Shown here piece by piece: positions 1-13,700 of a stretch of DNA of 64,000 bases (positions are counted from its first letter, which is position 1; each line of letters opens with the position of its first letter). A program made the position numbers and the translations under genes. The notes under the pieces are model-generated. The model did no database searches. It was not told the origin of the DNA and was given only the letters and a program-made list of their open reading frames with translations. This stretch comes from Sminthopsis crassicaudata (Eukaryota): NCBI RefSeq assembly GCF_048593235.1, contig NC_133621.1, positions 113,761,148 to 113,825,147 of the forward strand, given 5' to 3'.

Positions 1-461
1 CAGACTAGGCCATGATTTCTAAGGAAGCACCAGGCTTAAGGCCAAAACTTTGATTTTCTTTTTTTTTTTGTGTGTTAAATAAGTCAGATTCCAAAAGAGC
101 CAAACTTTGTTTTACAATTCATTGTGAAGGAGAAAAGGGAGGGTGTTGAGGGACAGGACACAACCCACGCCTAGCCCCACTCAATGTGAAAAACCTGCCA
201 CAGCACAACCCACGATTGTCTCTTATTAAAGAACTAATTATTCTGCCTTCTTCTCCCTCCCCCCCCCCCCAATTTCTTCTGTTTTCCTGGGGTGAGAATG
301 TGAGTGAGGATTGACAATTCCCAGAACTCCATGTTTTTTTCTTTACCTGCTGAACCAGTCAGCATTGGGACAGAAATAAGTGAGGAGGTGAATTTTATGA
401 CCTCTTTTTCTGCTCACCCCAAATGTGCTACCTCTTAAATAGAAAGGAAACCTACTCTTCC

Positions 462-720
462 TGGTGGAAAGAGCACTGGATTTGGGAACTGGAAACTGGA
501 GTTCCTGGCCCAATTCTTCTAAATCATCGTGTGCAGTTAGACAAGTAATTTTGCATCTCACTTTGCATCCCTCCTTTAGAGAAAGAGTACTAAGTTTGGA
601 TTTAGGAGACCTGGGTCTCTTCCTTAGACAAGTCACAGTCTCATTTGGAAAACATATCACTTTTATTTATACAATGAGATTAGACTAGATGACCTCTGGA
701 GTTCCTTCCCATTCTGGATT
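462..720 (+). mobile_element. MIR/MIR3-type CORE-SINE remnants (two adjacent)
   Basis: gtggaaagagcactggatttgg head; gactagatgacctctggagttccttcc tail. Confidence 0.6.
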
Positions 721-3291
721 CCACAAACCATATTACAACCTTAGTTTCTTCATTCACTTGTCTCTCTTTTTGGTCGTTGCAGTTGTGCCTAAATCTCTTA
801 CCCTATTTGCGGTTTTCTTGGCCGAAATACTGGCATGTTTTGCCATTTCCTTCTCTGGTGCATTTTGCTGATGAGAAAAGTGAAGCAAATAGGTTAACTC
901 ACTCACCCAAGTTACAGGCCAGATCTGAATGCAAGATGATGAGCCCTCCTGATTCCAGGCCTGGCAGTCTTCATTTGCTAAAGTTGGACAATTGCAGCCC
1001 AACCCTCTTCATTTTAAATTGAGGAAACAGAATTAGGGCATGTCCAGATAAGAATACCCAAGTCTGGGTAGGGGAGAGGGGAATTGTTACAAAAACTGCT
1101 TCATAAAGTCTTTTAAAAACTATCTCATTTCAGTTTTTCCATAAAATAGGTAAGAGATCAAAAACAGGGGCGTGATCCTCAAACATATGTCCATCTGTTC
1201 TTATTACAGACTTAGGTACTTCTCATGCCTGGGAAGAGGAAGGAAAGAAAGCTGCCCAGAAGCAGTTTGGGGCTGGGAGAATGGAGGGCTAATTTGGGAA
1301 GCACTAATCTCCTGGCAGGCAGAACAGAGACCACATACTCTAGTTATAGGGCATTGGCTCAGATTCAACATTTTTTAGTTTGCCAAAAAGGAGGTTGTAA
1401 TACCAAGAGGCATCCTTGACCATTGTGGCGCTGTGTGTCCATTTGAAGATTGATCACATTCTCCATCCAGCATCTGACCCATCAACTCTGATGACCACAC
1501 AATTTAGACGGATATTCCTACTAGACAAGATCCTGGAGCACAGCCACCCAGCCTTCGTTATTAGTGCTCCAATGACTTTTAGTACTAGCCTACTAACATA
1601 AAGAGGGGCTTTCTGAGTTACACGGATCTTTTCAAGACTGCTGGGTGTGAACTTGCTACAGCCTGAGTTGGATGTAGCTTTCTTCAGTCTGATTGGGACT
1701 TCTGTTCTAACTAGCTGAGATAACTGGCTCAGAGGTGGTTGAATTGGCATTCTAAGGGGACTTTAGAAAAGCTGCTTAAGGATAAAAGTACATAAGGTGC
1801 TAGAGTGAGAGGTGCTGGAAATCAGAGATCCTACCTCCCCAATCATTGTTACCTACAGGACTTTCAAGGTTCCAAGGGATAGACTCTGCTTTCTTAGGTG
1901 GAGAAACAGTTAGCCTGGAACAGTTTCAATTCAGGGGATCACAGTGGTAGGCCTCAGTGGCCACTGAGTATAAATCATATGTGAATAAGAATTCAGCTCA
2001 CAATATTTCTGATTAATAGCCAACCAGTCATTACCTGAATTATTTCCACTGAGGGCAATAATCATGTTGCCCTAAACCTTATATTAAACATCCCTAGTTC
2101 CCTTAATTGATTTTCCGAGCATCAGTTAAGAGGTCTTTTAGCACCCGTTGCCTTCCTCCAGATTATCGATGTCATTCCTAGATTAGTGTACTCAGAAGGG
2201 AATACTTAACATTATTAAGCACCTACTATGTGCCAAATTGACATTTTGCTGTCCTGTAGCTGTTCAGCTACAAATCTGTGATGCTAGAGTCTTTTTGAAT
2301 ACTGTTATCAGATGTGGTAGCTATCCTTAATAGTTTTGTCATTTTTCTAATGAATATATTTATTCCTTTACCCAATAAAATGCATAGCATCAAGCTCAGA
2401 TTTCTTGGGAATTCCACTAGAGAATATCTTTCAAATTGACTTCATTTGAATGCCACACATCCCAAAAAGGGTATTCAGGAAAAAAAACAACAATGTCAAA
2501 AACCAAAATTTGTGTCACATTCTTGAGTGTACCCCAGAATTAGTAGGAATAGCTAAATCTATTCCATAAGAAGTCTCCAGTCTTGGTGGAAGAAAACAAG
2601 GATGGCAGGGAATTATGAATGCAGAAAGAATTTAGGGATGAAGATAACCAAATTATGGGCATGGCATGGAGCAAGTGATGGGCTGATGATAACAATATGC
2701 TCGCCTTGACCACAAATAACAAGCAGTTTAGTGTATTATCTGGTACTGGTTTAATTAAGAAAATTCCATAGATTTCTTGCACTTCTCTCCCTGATTCTGC
2801 CTACCCAAGAGCTTCAATTCAAATGGCACTGTGAAAAGCCCTGTGAAAACAAAAATGAAAAAAATCGCAGTTCTTACCTTGATATTATTTGTACACTAGT
2901 AGCAGTATGTAGTAAAAGCAATGAACAGATTCAGACCAAAGACTCTAAGAAAGTTTGAGGAGGAAGATGGAATTTTTGGGTGCAGATATGTTTTCCCTTC
3001 AGATTTTATGCCCTAACCATACTGGCTCTCTTCTGGTTAGAAGAGGAATGCCCTGATGGTAACATCTGTAATTCTGAACTCCAAAGGATAAGGAGAGACA
3101 GCTGAGAAACAACAGGGCAAAACAACATGACTCAATGGTTTGGTAGACATTTTAGCCTTTCAAGTTTTTTGCTCAGGTTCAGGGTTTCTCCCTCACTTTT
3201 TGACCAAAGAGAGACATCTTTCACCTGCGACACATTCCTAGTTGGAAATAGCAATAAATACACTCAGAGGACTGGATAAATTTGTGAACAT

Positions 3292-3297
3292 TTTATT
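3292..3297 (-). terminator. Polyadenylation signal AATAAA (likely distal site)
   Basis: + strand tttatt; downstream on minus strand: gagtgtatttattgctattt (GU/U-rich). Confidence 0.65.
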
Positions 3298-3464
3298 TGT
3301 GTTTTGAGATTACAGAATAGTTATTGCTGATCTAATACAATCACTCAGACATGAAGATTTCCAACAGTCTTTTGGAATGGTAGATCCTCAAAGATTTTAT
3401 TTCCTTTTAGTAGAATGACAATAAGAATTAGATGATTATTTTATGTGATATATATGTCTATATA

Positions 3465-3515
3465 CGTGTGTGTATATATATATACATATACATATATATA
3501 TATATATATATATAA
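3465..3515 (+). repeat. (TG)/(TA) compound microsatellite in the 3' UTR
   Basis: gtgtgtgtatatatatatacatatacatatatatatatatatatatatatata. Confidence 0.85.
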
Positions 3516-6414
3516 ATTCAGAATTGACTTGTCCATGTATAATTTGCTGGTGTTACCTATTTTTCTGTTCCTAATTTTTTAAATTAAAAAGCATTATGCA
3601 ACAATGCATTTTGATTTCTTTTTAAAAATCACGACAGAGTTTAATGCTGAGACAACCATAGGAGCATAGCAGCAATTCTGGATCTGTTGAGAGAGAAGCC
3701 AGCAGCAGAAAAAGCTTTATAGGAGTGCATGGCTATGGAGAGCTGTGCTCAGAAGTGGGAGAGGGAGGGAGGACATTCAGTTTTATTTTTCTTATTTAAA
3801 AAAAATATATAAATATCTACATAGAAGTTAAAATAAGGACTAAGAATCAATAAATTCAATGATGAGAACAGCACCTCCGACATGCTGGAGCCAGACACAG
3901 AACAAGTAGCTCTTTCCTCTGTTCCCAGATAATTGGGCAGTGTACCTGAAGCATTAATTTGATAGGTCCCAAATTCAAGATGGACAAGGAAGGGTACACC
4001 TAGGTGTCAAACTAAGGATATCTAATTCCTGGTTCCAGTCTGGGGATAATGGGCATAGGCTCCAGGAGAAGTGAAGATAGATAGATAGGTTATATGGAAC
4101 TCAGACTACTCTGGGTAGCAGCACTGGCCACTTACCCCGGGAATCTAGGGCACCACCTTCTTCATCTTAATTTATATAAAACAAGGGGTTCTTTAACAAA
4201 CTGAGTAGACTCCATAATCTATAACTTCCAGGTACTAGGCTCTGTACAGAACCAGGCCCTTTAGAACAGTAGGCTGGGGCCTCTGACTCAAGGGAATGTC
4301 AGAGTCCAAGGTACCTGACTGATAGACTCTGCTGTTTGGGAGACTAGGGGACCAATAAGTGCTCATGAAACATGGCACTGAGTAGGAGAGGAGGGTAGAG
4401 TGGAGCAGGTCAAAAGGAACTGTCTGCTGAAGAATCTAGACATTGATGATCTTCCTTAGAGGGAAGCGTAATAGGGTTCAGAGGGGATACCCTCAAGTAC
4501 CAAGAATTTAAATGGGATTCAACAATTGCCGATAGTTCTCTAGGGGATTGGGTTTGTACATTAGAACCTAGCAAACATAGTTTACTGAGGCGAAGGGTCA
4601 TCTGTCTAAGCCTCTCCTCTCCATATCCCCAAAGGTAAGGTCACTTCCAGGCTGGCCCTGAGGGTAAAAGGTGAAGATTAGGTAAGGCCTGAAGGGGTGG
4701 AGTAGGGCAAGAGAACTTAGTGTAGCCCTGGAAGACCTGGCCTAGGTCAAAGCTATCCTAAAAGACTAGAAGTAGTCCAGATGATATTCTAAAACCATAA
4801 AGGTAGCTTTCAGATAGGTCTGAAGTTCCCAGGTGGTCAGAGATAGCTGGGACTGCCCTAAATCCAACACTGACTTCAATCCCTGGAATTCACCTGATCT
4901 CTTTGGGTTCCTTCAGACCAACCAGACCCTTGCAAGAGCTGGCCCAGTCCAACCCAGTACCAGCATCAGGCACTTCCAAGGGAAGAACCAAAGCTGAATA
5001 CACCAGGGGAATGAGCTAGAGTCTCAGGACGCTGATCTTAACAAATTCTATGTGATATTAGCATTGTCTCAGAAATTACCCTGAGATGGTGGACAACACA
5101 GGATTCTTAGAAGTGAGGACTGGGGGTGGAAAAAGAGAAGGAAGAGGGTGGGCAGAGAGATTTCAGCACAGGAGAAAGGACACAACTCAGACAGCGGAGA
5201 AACTGGATCGTAGCTCCATTGCTGGTAATGACCACAGGAATAAATGTTTGATGAAGTAAAACTAATCAAATTAGCTTGTGATCCTCTGGACATATAAGCC
5301 CAATGATACTTATAAACTGGCTCAGCCACTTAATCAAACTGGAAATCCCCCAGAAGACAGGAATTCTTAGCCAATTTAGAAGGTGTTCCAAATTCGCTAA
5401 ACTGCAGGCTGGGGAGCCTGTTTCATTATTGAACTCTAAACAAACTTGAGCTGCCTGAGGAATATACGCATATTCTTTCTTTGCTCCATCTCAAAAGCAA
5501 TTCTGGGCAGCAACAGGAAGATGGGGAGAAACTGAGTCTTACAAATTCTCTTCCGAGATTATTCCAATTTTGCCTAGAGGGGCTTCCTGGGACATTATCC
5601 AGTCATATGGTATGAGAACAAAGTGACAGATTCTCATGGATTTGGTTCCCACTTCCTGAGCAGAGCTTTGGTTGAGTTGGAAAACTGGCTTAAAAAAAAA
5701 AAAAAAAAAAAAAATCCAAGTTAATACCAGAGCTGCTGAGAAAGTCATGGAGGCACAGTCTCCTGAGAATCAATGTCCAAATGGCCATAAACATATAAGC
5801 AGGACTCTTGGATAAGGAAGGGGACTCCCAGTAGAGGCAGGTATAGCTGAATTTTTGTGGGGTTTACTGAAACTGTCATCTTCCCCCTCAAAAGCTTTGT
5901 CAGAGAAGGCAGTGATAATAGTGCTGGCCAAGGCCATGCTGACTGAATGGCTTTCCAGAGTCCTCAGGGAAGGATGAGAGGGTACTACTGAAGATCTATC
6001 ACAAAACTCCCCCCACACACACCAAAAAAAAATCCTAGGGGACAAAGACTCAGGAATCCCTGAATGTACCTTGAAAACAGACACAGCCATGACAAAAAGT
6101 CAAAACTAATGGAGAATGATGCAAAAGATACAAGGGATGGGTGGAGGGGGCTCCCCACTCCCTTTCTTCCTTCCTCCCAGTCCATCCTCTGTGGCTCTCA
6201 CAGCCTCAGGGCAGTAACCACACCATGGGCTGAGGCTGAGGGCACAGGATTCTAGTTTTTAATAAATAAATACTCTAACACATGGTCTATGGGATGAGCA
6301 TGGCGGGCGGCTCTGACCAGGGAAGCAGCTTGTTGGGTTTTGTCCTGTACAGTAGAGGAGAAAAGAATTGGGGTCCTGTTCCTTAAAATGTCGTCTGGCT
6401 TCAATTACAGGAAC

Positions 6415-6421
6415 TTAATAT
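6415..6421 (-). CDS. AHCYL2: AHCYL2 exon 17 coding part (last base of R, Y, stop TAA)
   Basis: Strong pyrimidine tract ggttcctttttccctccAG then A TAT TAA completes the family C-terminus PNYYRY*. Confidence 0.92.
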
Positions 6422-6809
6422 CTGGAGGGAAAAAGGAACCAGAGAAGGTGAGACTACCAGTCAGTGGGAGCAATTGCCAACCTGAAGAATTGGGGAAGTA
6501 GAGACACTAACAGAAATGACATAAAGGGTTTTTCCCAAGGGGCCCATATTTCATTTTGGGAAGAGGATACCAGATCTTTGTCCCAGCACAGGAAATAACC
6601 CAGTCTCCTTTACACAGAGAAATGGAGGGAAGGGGACAGAGGACTTAAATGTTAGGGGCAGATTCTCCCCCCCAGGGACAGCCCTGACCATATATGACAC
6701 AAATGCTCCCCATAAGGACTTTTTTCTAGTAGAGGAGTTAAGTTCTGTCTCCTTCTCACCTACCCAGGGGCTTCCCAAAGTCCTCCCTGTGCCCTGGAAG
6801 CCCAAGTCA

Positions 6810-7004
<195 letters not shown>

Positions 7005-8084
7005 CTATATCTTCTAGTACTGTTCTAATATCCCTCCTTACCCCTGACCCTTTTTCAGCTTCCTTTGATGATTCCTCGGATGCTTTCAGGCTCACCTTGG
7101 CTTCCAATGCTATTAGTGAAGATTTATGTTCCCCAAACTGATGGAGCCAGCTACGAAGAGGTGCTGACATCTAGAGAAGTAGTGAAGATTGAGGAACCAA
7201 CACAGGGACAGAGGCAAGGAGCTTGAGGACCCTGAGATCCAATGTCAGTCCTGCCCTGGGCTAATTGCAATTATGGGTCATTTGGTGGCACTATGGGCCT
7301 GTTTCCCCTTTTGTCAAGTCAAGGAAAGTTGGGGGTGAGGGTGGGAGGGTGAAGCATTGAGTCAGAAAGTTTTGGAACTGCCAGCAGCTCAGGGTGAGGA
7401 GAGCAAAGCAGGGGTGAGCCTCTGAGCATCACTTGGCACCTATTTTTCCTTTCGAAGGCTGTGGCAATAGAAAACAACCTTCCCATCTCTCTGCCATTAT
7501 CCAGAAGCTATGCTATGTCACAGAGCCAGCCTTTAGGGCCAGGACTCCCAGCTCCAGCCTGGCCTCTTTCTGGTTAGATAAGGAGTTTGTCTGGGACAAA
7601 ATGATAGAGGAGGAGCAACCAGCCAAAGGCAAGAGGGCTGGTTTGACAGGCTGAGATTTAGTATGGTGAAAGAGTCAGGATTAGAGGGCAACTTTTGTTC
7701 CCAGAGAGCACTCTGATTGGGAGAGCTCGGGAAGTGTGAATTTAGAGTTAAGAACATTCAGAGTAAGCAGGGGAGTGAGCACAGATCTCTATGTGCAGTT
7801 TGCTCTGCATTCTCTGGAAGGAAAGAGGCTCCTCTGTGGATAATGTTGTAAATGGGGATGGACTCTGAGAAATGGAAGAGAGAAGAGCCTAGTGTGTCAC
7901 AGGCTCAAAAAGTTGGGACACATCTAAATAAAGGAACAATGTGTTAAGTCCTCATTCCCCCCAACCAAGTGTTGAAAAAAGCAAGGAATATTCCTGAATT
8001 ACATGGTTTTCTGAACTCTTCCTAGTTCAAATTTGAAGGAAACGATCCAGAAGAAAGAGGATGTAGGATGATACAGGGCATGAA

Positions 8085-8250
8085 GCATGCCAGAACTGGA
8101 AGAGACTTCAAAGGCAACAAATTCAAAACCATCAGTTTTTAGTTAAGGAAACTGAGGCAGAATGAGGTTAAGTGACATGGCCAGAATCACAGAGTGTCTA
8201 AGATTGGATTTGAACCTTGGTTTTCCAGACTCCAGGTTCTATCCAATACA
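8085..8250 (-). mobile_element. MIR3-type CORE-SINE
   Basis: ggaaactgaggcag...gttaagtgac...gatttgaacc core in reverse orientation. Confidence 0.65.
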
Positions 8251-9289
8251 CAATCTAACTCCTCTACATATATGTATATATACACACATACATACACATA
8301 TGTGTGTATATGCTGGAACTCTATCTTCCCAGAAATCAGCAGGAGTCAGGACCACTAAATGTCTTTATTCTAGATCTTTACCGTCGCCTCCAATGCCAGG
8401 TCATGAGTGCAAGTGAGTGTGAGTTCCACCACCCAAGTTTCTCTTACTCCTCCCACACAAGTCACTTCCCCCTCTTTGTCCCACCAATCAAGTCAGCACA
8501 GAACAGCTGGGGAGGGTCAACCTTCAAACAAATTAATAGGGAACCGTCCAATTGGCAATTAGTCTCACGTGCTTCATTATCCAAGTGCATTGCTCAGTTC
8601 TAGCCCTTTACATGTATATATGTATAAATACAAATTATATATACACAACTACTTCTATATATATAAAAACACACATCTATACTTGCACATGTATGTATAT
8701 ATATAATATACATATATGTGATTATTTTATTATATCATTGGCTTCTTTTGCAATTCTATATATTTTGTTTTAGATTAGAAACTGGAATAGATTCCAAAGA
8801 TTAACTGGCAAGACCCTGAGGTCCTCTCTCAAGTTGAATGGCTGATCATTCAGGCTTTACTGCAGAAAGCACAGCTTAGGGGCTGGCTGAGTTATTTGAA
8901 TGCCAAATGTACATTTGCCTAAATGACTACTTTATGGAGAACTCATACAAAGCAAGCATTCACACACAGGTGAATACTCCCAAGAACTTTGGAATCATTT
9001 GTGAGATATGAGAGATACAGGTAATGCTGACACAGGACTGCCCAGCATGGTAGGCCCTCTTCTCCCCAAATAAGGTAAAAGAGAATTGTATGAATTCAGA
9101 AGAAAGGTGTGATGCCCAAATTCAGAGTTATTTCCATTCCAATGTTAATTGGGACTATATGTGCCACACCTTTGATGGAGCCTTCTGAGTTCATATTGGT
9201 ATAGAGATATCACTTTGATCCTTTCTAACCATGAAGGACAACAATCAATGCATTTTATTTTGCATGATAAAAGAACATTCCAAGACGGA

Positions 9290-9710
9290 ATCATAGGTTT
9301 TATTAGACTGTCAAAAGTTTCACTGATATGCAAAAAGGTCAAAAATCCTTGGATGATGTCAGAATTAAGTCCCTGATATTCTGAAGGATGCAATTTTATG
9401 TGGAAGATACTTTTCTCATCAGGATTCATTTTGGGGAGCCACAGGACAGGGGGAAGGAAAGAGAAGCATGAAAGAGCCATTGGAGTCATTGTAAGATATT
9501 GTTGGTAGCCTAAAATGTTTGAGTCTGGGAAGAAGAAAAAAATAAAGGAGTGATTGCAGATGATAACTTGGCCTGAGAGGGAATGAATGGAGTGTGGAGG
9601 CAGTGGTTGGCCAATGCAGTAGGGAAGCAAAAAGTGATGAAGGATAGGTGAATGCCATGGGAGTTTTGCTGTGTTCTGGGTCCTAGTGTCTACATGTGTT
9701 AGGGGTTTTT
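9290..9710 (-). mobile_element. Possible decayed L2 RT-region fragment
   Basis: tttgacctttttgca...cttttgacag loosely resembles the L2 LDLSAAFDT-coding segment. Confidence 0.35.
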
Positions 9711-10039
9711 GTGTTAGAAAAAAACTGACCAATTGAGTTTCTCCAAGGGAAGAGAATGGGCTCAAAAAAAACCCAAGTGTATTAGTCTCCAGCAATACTG
9801 TGTGACTGATGTACCCTTAACTTTTGATACCTTGGGGAAGTCCTAGTACCCATATAGTGATTATCTATTTGTCTATCTGTCTGTCTCTATCTATCTATAC
9901 TTGTATATATCTATATCTGTGTGTTTATATTTAGTTTGCAGACCTAAGGCTAAGAAATCCCTGCTCTTGAACACTAATAGTATCCTGTCCTTAGGTAAAA
10001 TATGATACATATCAATCAATAAGTAATTATTGACAAAAA

Positions 10040-10250
10040 AATAATAGTTAGCAATTATACTACATTTTAAGTTTTGAAAAACACTTTATAAATATTGCCA
10101 CATTTTATCCTCACAACAACCCTGGGAGGTAGGTACCATTATCTCTTTTTTATAAAAGAATAAACTGAGACAGAGATTGAGTGATTTTCCCAGAGTTACA
10201 AAGTTATTAAATTATCTAAGGCTACATCTTAATTCTCTTCCTGACTACCC
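10040..10250 (-). mobile_element. MIR-type SINE
   Basis: tatcctcacaacaaccctgggaggtagg...aaactgagacagag. Confidence 0.7.
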
Positions 10251-10739
10251 AATCTGTTTTAATCAGAGAGACACTGTGTAAGTAACTAAGATACATAGAA
10301 GGCCATGTGCAAAAGACATGGAAAGTACATTTAGAAAGGAAGGCATTAGGGGAAGGAGTAATTGGAATGGAGATGCCAAAGGCTTCTTGCAGAAAGTGGG
10401 ATTTGATGTTGAGGCCCAGATAAAGAGATAAAGCATTCCAGAACTGGAATATAAATTTACTATGGTTAATGAGGAGGAAAGAAAGCTCTTGAAGCGGAAG
10501 GGAGAGGAATGTATGAAGATTAAATCTTAATTTGAACTTAGATGACACAAATATTCATGAAATATTTTACCTTCAACATAAAGCTTTCCTGATTTTCTCA
10601 CCATGCACTAAATTTTTTGTATTTATTTATGTCATCTAACTCTTATTAAGCACTTATTATATATTAGCTACTATAAACCACGTGGCTATCTCTAGTCATC
10701 CTGATCTATATCTTGCCACTGGACTATGTCATGGCATTA

Positions 10740-11029
<290 letters not shown>

Positions 11030-12602
11030 CTAGGGAGCAATGGAGATGCACATGAGTGTTACTTGAAACTATACCTTTTTAAAGAGTAAAGGAAGGAGCA
11101 ACCTGCTATCTTTTAGCCACAGACAAATATTCTGTAACTACTTATGCTGAGAGGAAGAGGAGACTTGTTTGTAACCTGTTACAACAGTTAGTACCCTGCA
11201 GGGATATATGCCAGAAAAAAAACCCGCTTTTTTATTAATTGTTTAGGAGTGCTACTAAGAGAAATCTGGGCAGAGAAATGTAAGAGGACTAAGATTCTGG
11301 TCATCTTGGACCAGCTGCCTCTTGGGGCTCCAGAGACTCTGGAAAACTTCATTCTTAGAAAGTTGTCTTCCTACCATCTTTCATTGTCCAGGCAAATCTA
11401 AGGGAGATTGACTATTAGAATGGGAGTTTGTAGGGAATGAATGTGCAAGATATTCCTTCCCCCATCCCACTTTGTTTTCTGGGAAGCCTTAAAACCTTTC
11501 TCCTCAACTCTGAGCACTAACAGTCAGGAACAATTGCAATGTTTGCTTTTTGTCTTCAAAATTGCTAGGTAGGTCTTCCAACTAACTAGAAATAAGTCAC
11601 CAGGCAGGGAACTGACGTCAAAGCAAAATTCAAGGTACAGATTTAAATATTCTGTCTCCACCCATTTTGTGAAGAAAGAAGGTAGGCAAAGCCTCTTCAC
11701 AACCACCTTATTTCAGTTATAAAGGTAGTATCAGATGAGGATAAGCCAAGAAAAAGAGAAGGGCCCCCCAAATTCCCTATTTCCAGATTCCTGAGTCTAC
11801 AGATTTCAGGGTTTTTCAATTTATTTTTAAAAGGACCACAATAACAAAAAGCCCACAGAACTCTGGAAAACGAAAATGCAGAGAACCGCCATAACATTCT
11901 TGGTTATTTCTCTATTTCTTGCCTAGTGTTTCCTGAATAATCAGGACTCAGTAAAGCAGCTAGGAGTCTAATGCTAGGGAGAAAGGGTGTCCAGAGGGTA
12001 AAAGGAAGAGTACCAGCCTGGGAACACAAGGGACAGAGATGAGAATGAATTGAACAAAGTCCAAGATAATTTTTAGGAAATTATCAATCTATCAACCAAT
12101 AAATATTTAACTAAACTTTCAGCATCCCAATGTTGAATATTGCTAAGGAGGCAGGGATGAAATAAAAGATCAAGCTGGTGGTTTTCAGAACCTACCTAGT
12201 GTAGCCTTGGTTACAGCCAGGAATATCTTCCCTTCATATTCACTAAAATTATTTAAACCTTCCCACAAATGACACTATAACTCTGAAAGCATCTCACAAA
12301 GTAGTTTTGATTCTATCCATTAATTCTTTCTATGGCAATAGTCATTGTCTGACTCAACCTCCAGAGTGACATGAGGAGATAGGATAATTGGTGAAAAGCA
12401 GGAAACTAAAATAGATTCTTAATTGCTAAATGAAAAGACTTTTCACAATTGGAAATACAAGTCATGGGGAAAGTAGTTAAATCTCTGACTTAAAAAACTA
12501 GCACTATGGAAAGGTGAAAAGAAAGTGGTGGTCCTAGGGAAACCACGCCTTCCTTTCAATTATTTGAAACTTTTAGTGGGAGTGCCAGCTCTGATAGGAC
12601 TA

Positions 12603-12761
<159 letters not shown>

Positions 12762-13434
12762 CTAATCAGCATTTGTTTCATTCTATGAACAATCCCTTCC
12801 ATTTCTTCATTTGCATCTTTTGGTGGTTCCATAGTTATGATTTCCCTGGTAGAGAGAATTGCCCCCAGGGCAGCTCTCTTTGCCAGTGCAGATCTCAGAG
12901 AGTGACTTGCCCAGGTTGCACAGCCACAACTGGCCAGCTCTCTACACCACACTGCTTCTCATCCGCATCTGACAAGGTGCACCATACCATAGAATTCTCC
13001 TACAGTAACAGTTCTAATGTCAGGGTTTTCCGGGATTCACATGTTCTTCCACTGATTTAATTATAATCTCTGCCTCAAAGCCCCTGTACTTTTACAGAAC
13101 TATTACTTATAATGACTGTAGCACATATTTGTTTTCCTGGACTCAGAATCAAAGATAGCTGAAATAGAAGGTAGGTAGAAATTAACCCCAACAATAAAAT
13201 TTGATAATAATAATAAAAAACAAAAAACAAACAAACAAAAAAAACCAAAACACACGCACACTATTAGCACCATCAGGGATGGGGAGGTGCAAGATAGGGA
13301 AGCATTTCAAGTTGCAAGCTGAAGGATACAACCACCATACTAGATAAGGAGAACCTCTCCCAGGCTGCTTGGGACTATTTTATTTCAGTAGATTAAATCT
13401 AGGCCCAGTGAGAGTTCACTCAGAATATCACAGC

Positions 13435-13700
13435 CCAATCAATACTGAGCCCCCACTTCTTCCTGGCACAGTCTGAAGTGCTATGGAATACACAAAAGAA
13501 ACCTGAGATATCAATTCTGCCTCAAGGGAGCTTACAATTTAGTTGAAGATACAGAATGCATACATACATGAAAAAAGTTCCTAAAAAATACTTTACTTTG
13601 CAATATGCAAACAAAGGCAAATTAGTATAGTGCAGCCTGAATACATAAGTTCAAGAAAAAAGTGACTAAGCAGGGGTGACATTAGTTAAAGAAAGCAAAG
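13435..13700 (-). mobile_element. L2 3' fragment
   Basis: caatcaata...ctgcctcaagggagcttacaatttag pattern. Confidence 0.5.

Larger units (their letters stand above)
3270..6414 (-). other. AHCYL2: AHCYL2 3' UTR (~3.1 kb; distal end inferred)
   Basis: Follows the stop codon, no recognisable interspersed repeats, ends near an AATAAA followed by a GU/U-rich stretch. Confidence 0.65.

Noticed and set aside
9145-9795. Longest ORF in the track (216 aa, minus)
   Set aside because: Starts at TTG, has no splice context or recognisable domain beyond a loose L2 RT-like stretch, and lies in intron 15; best read as a chance frame over a decayed LINE
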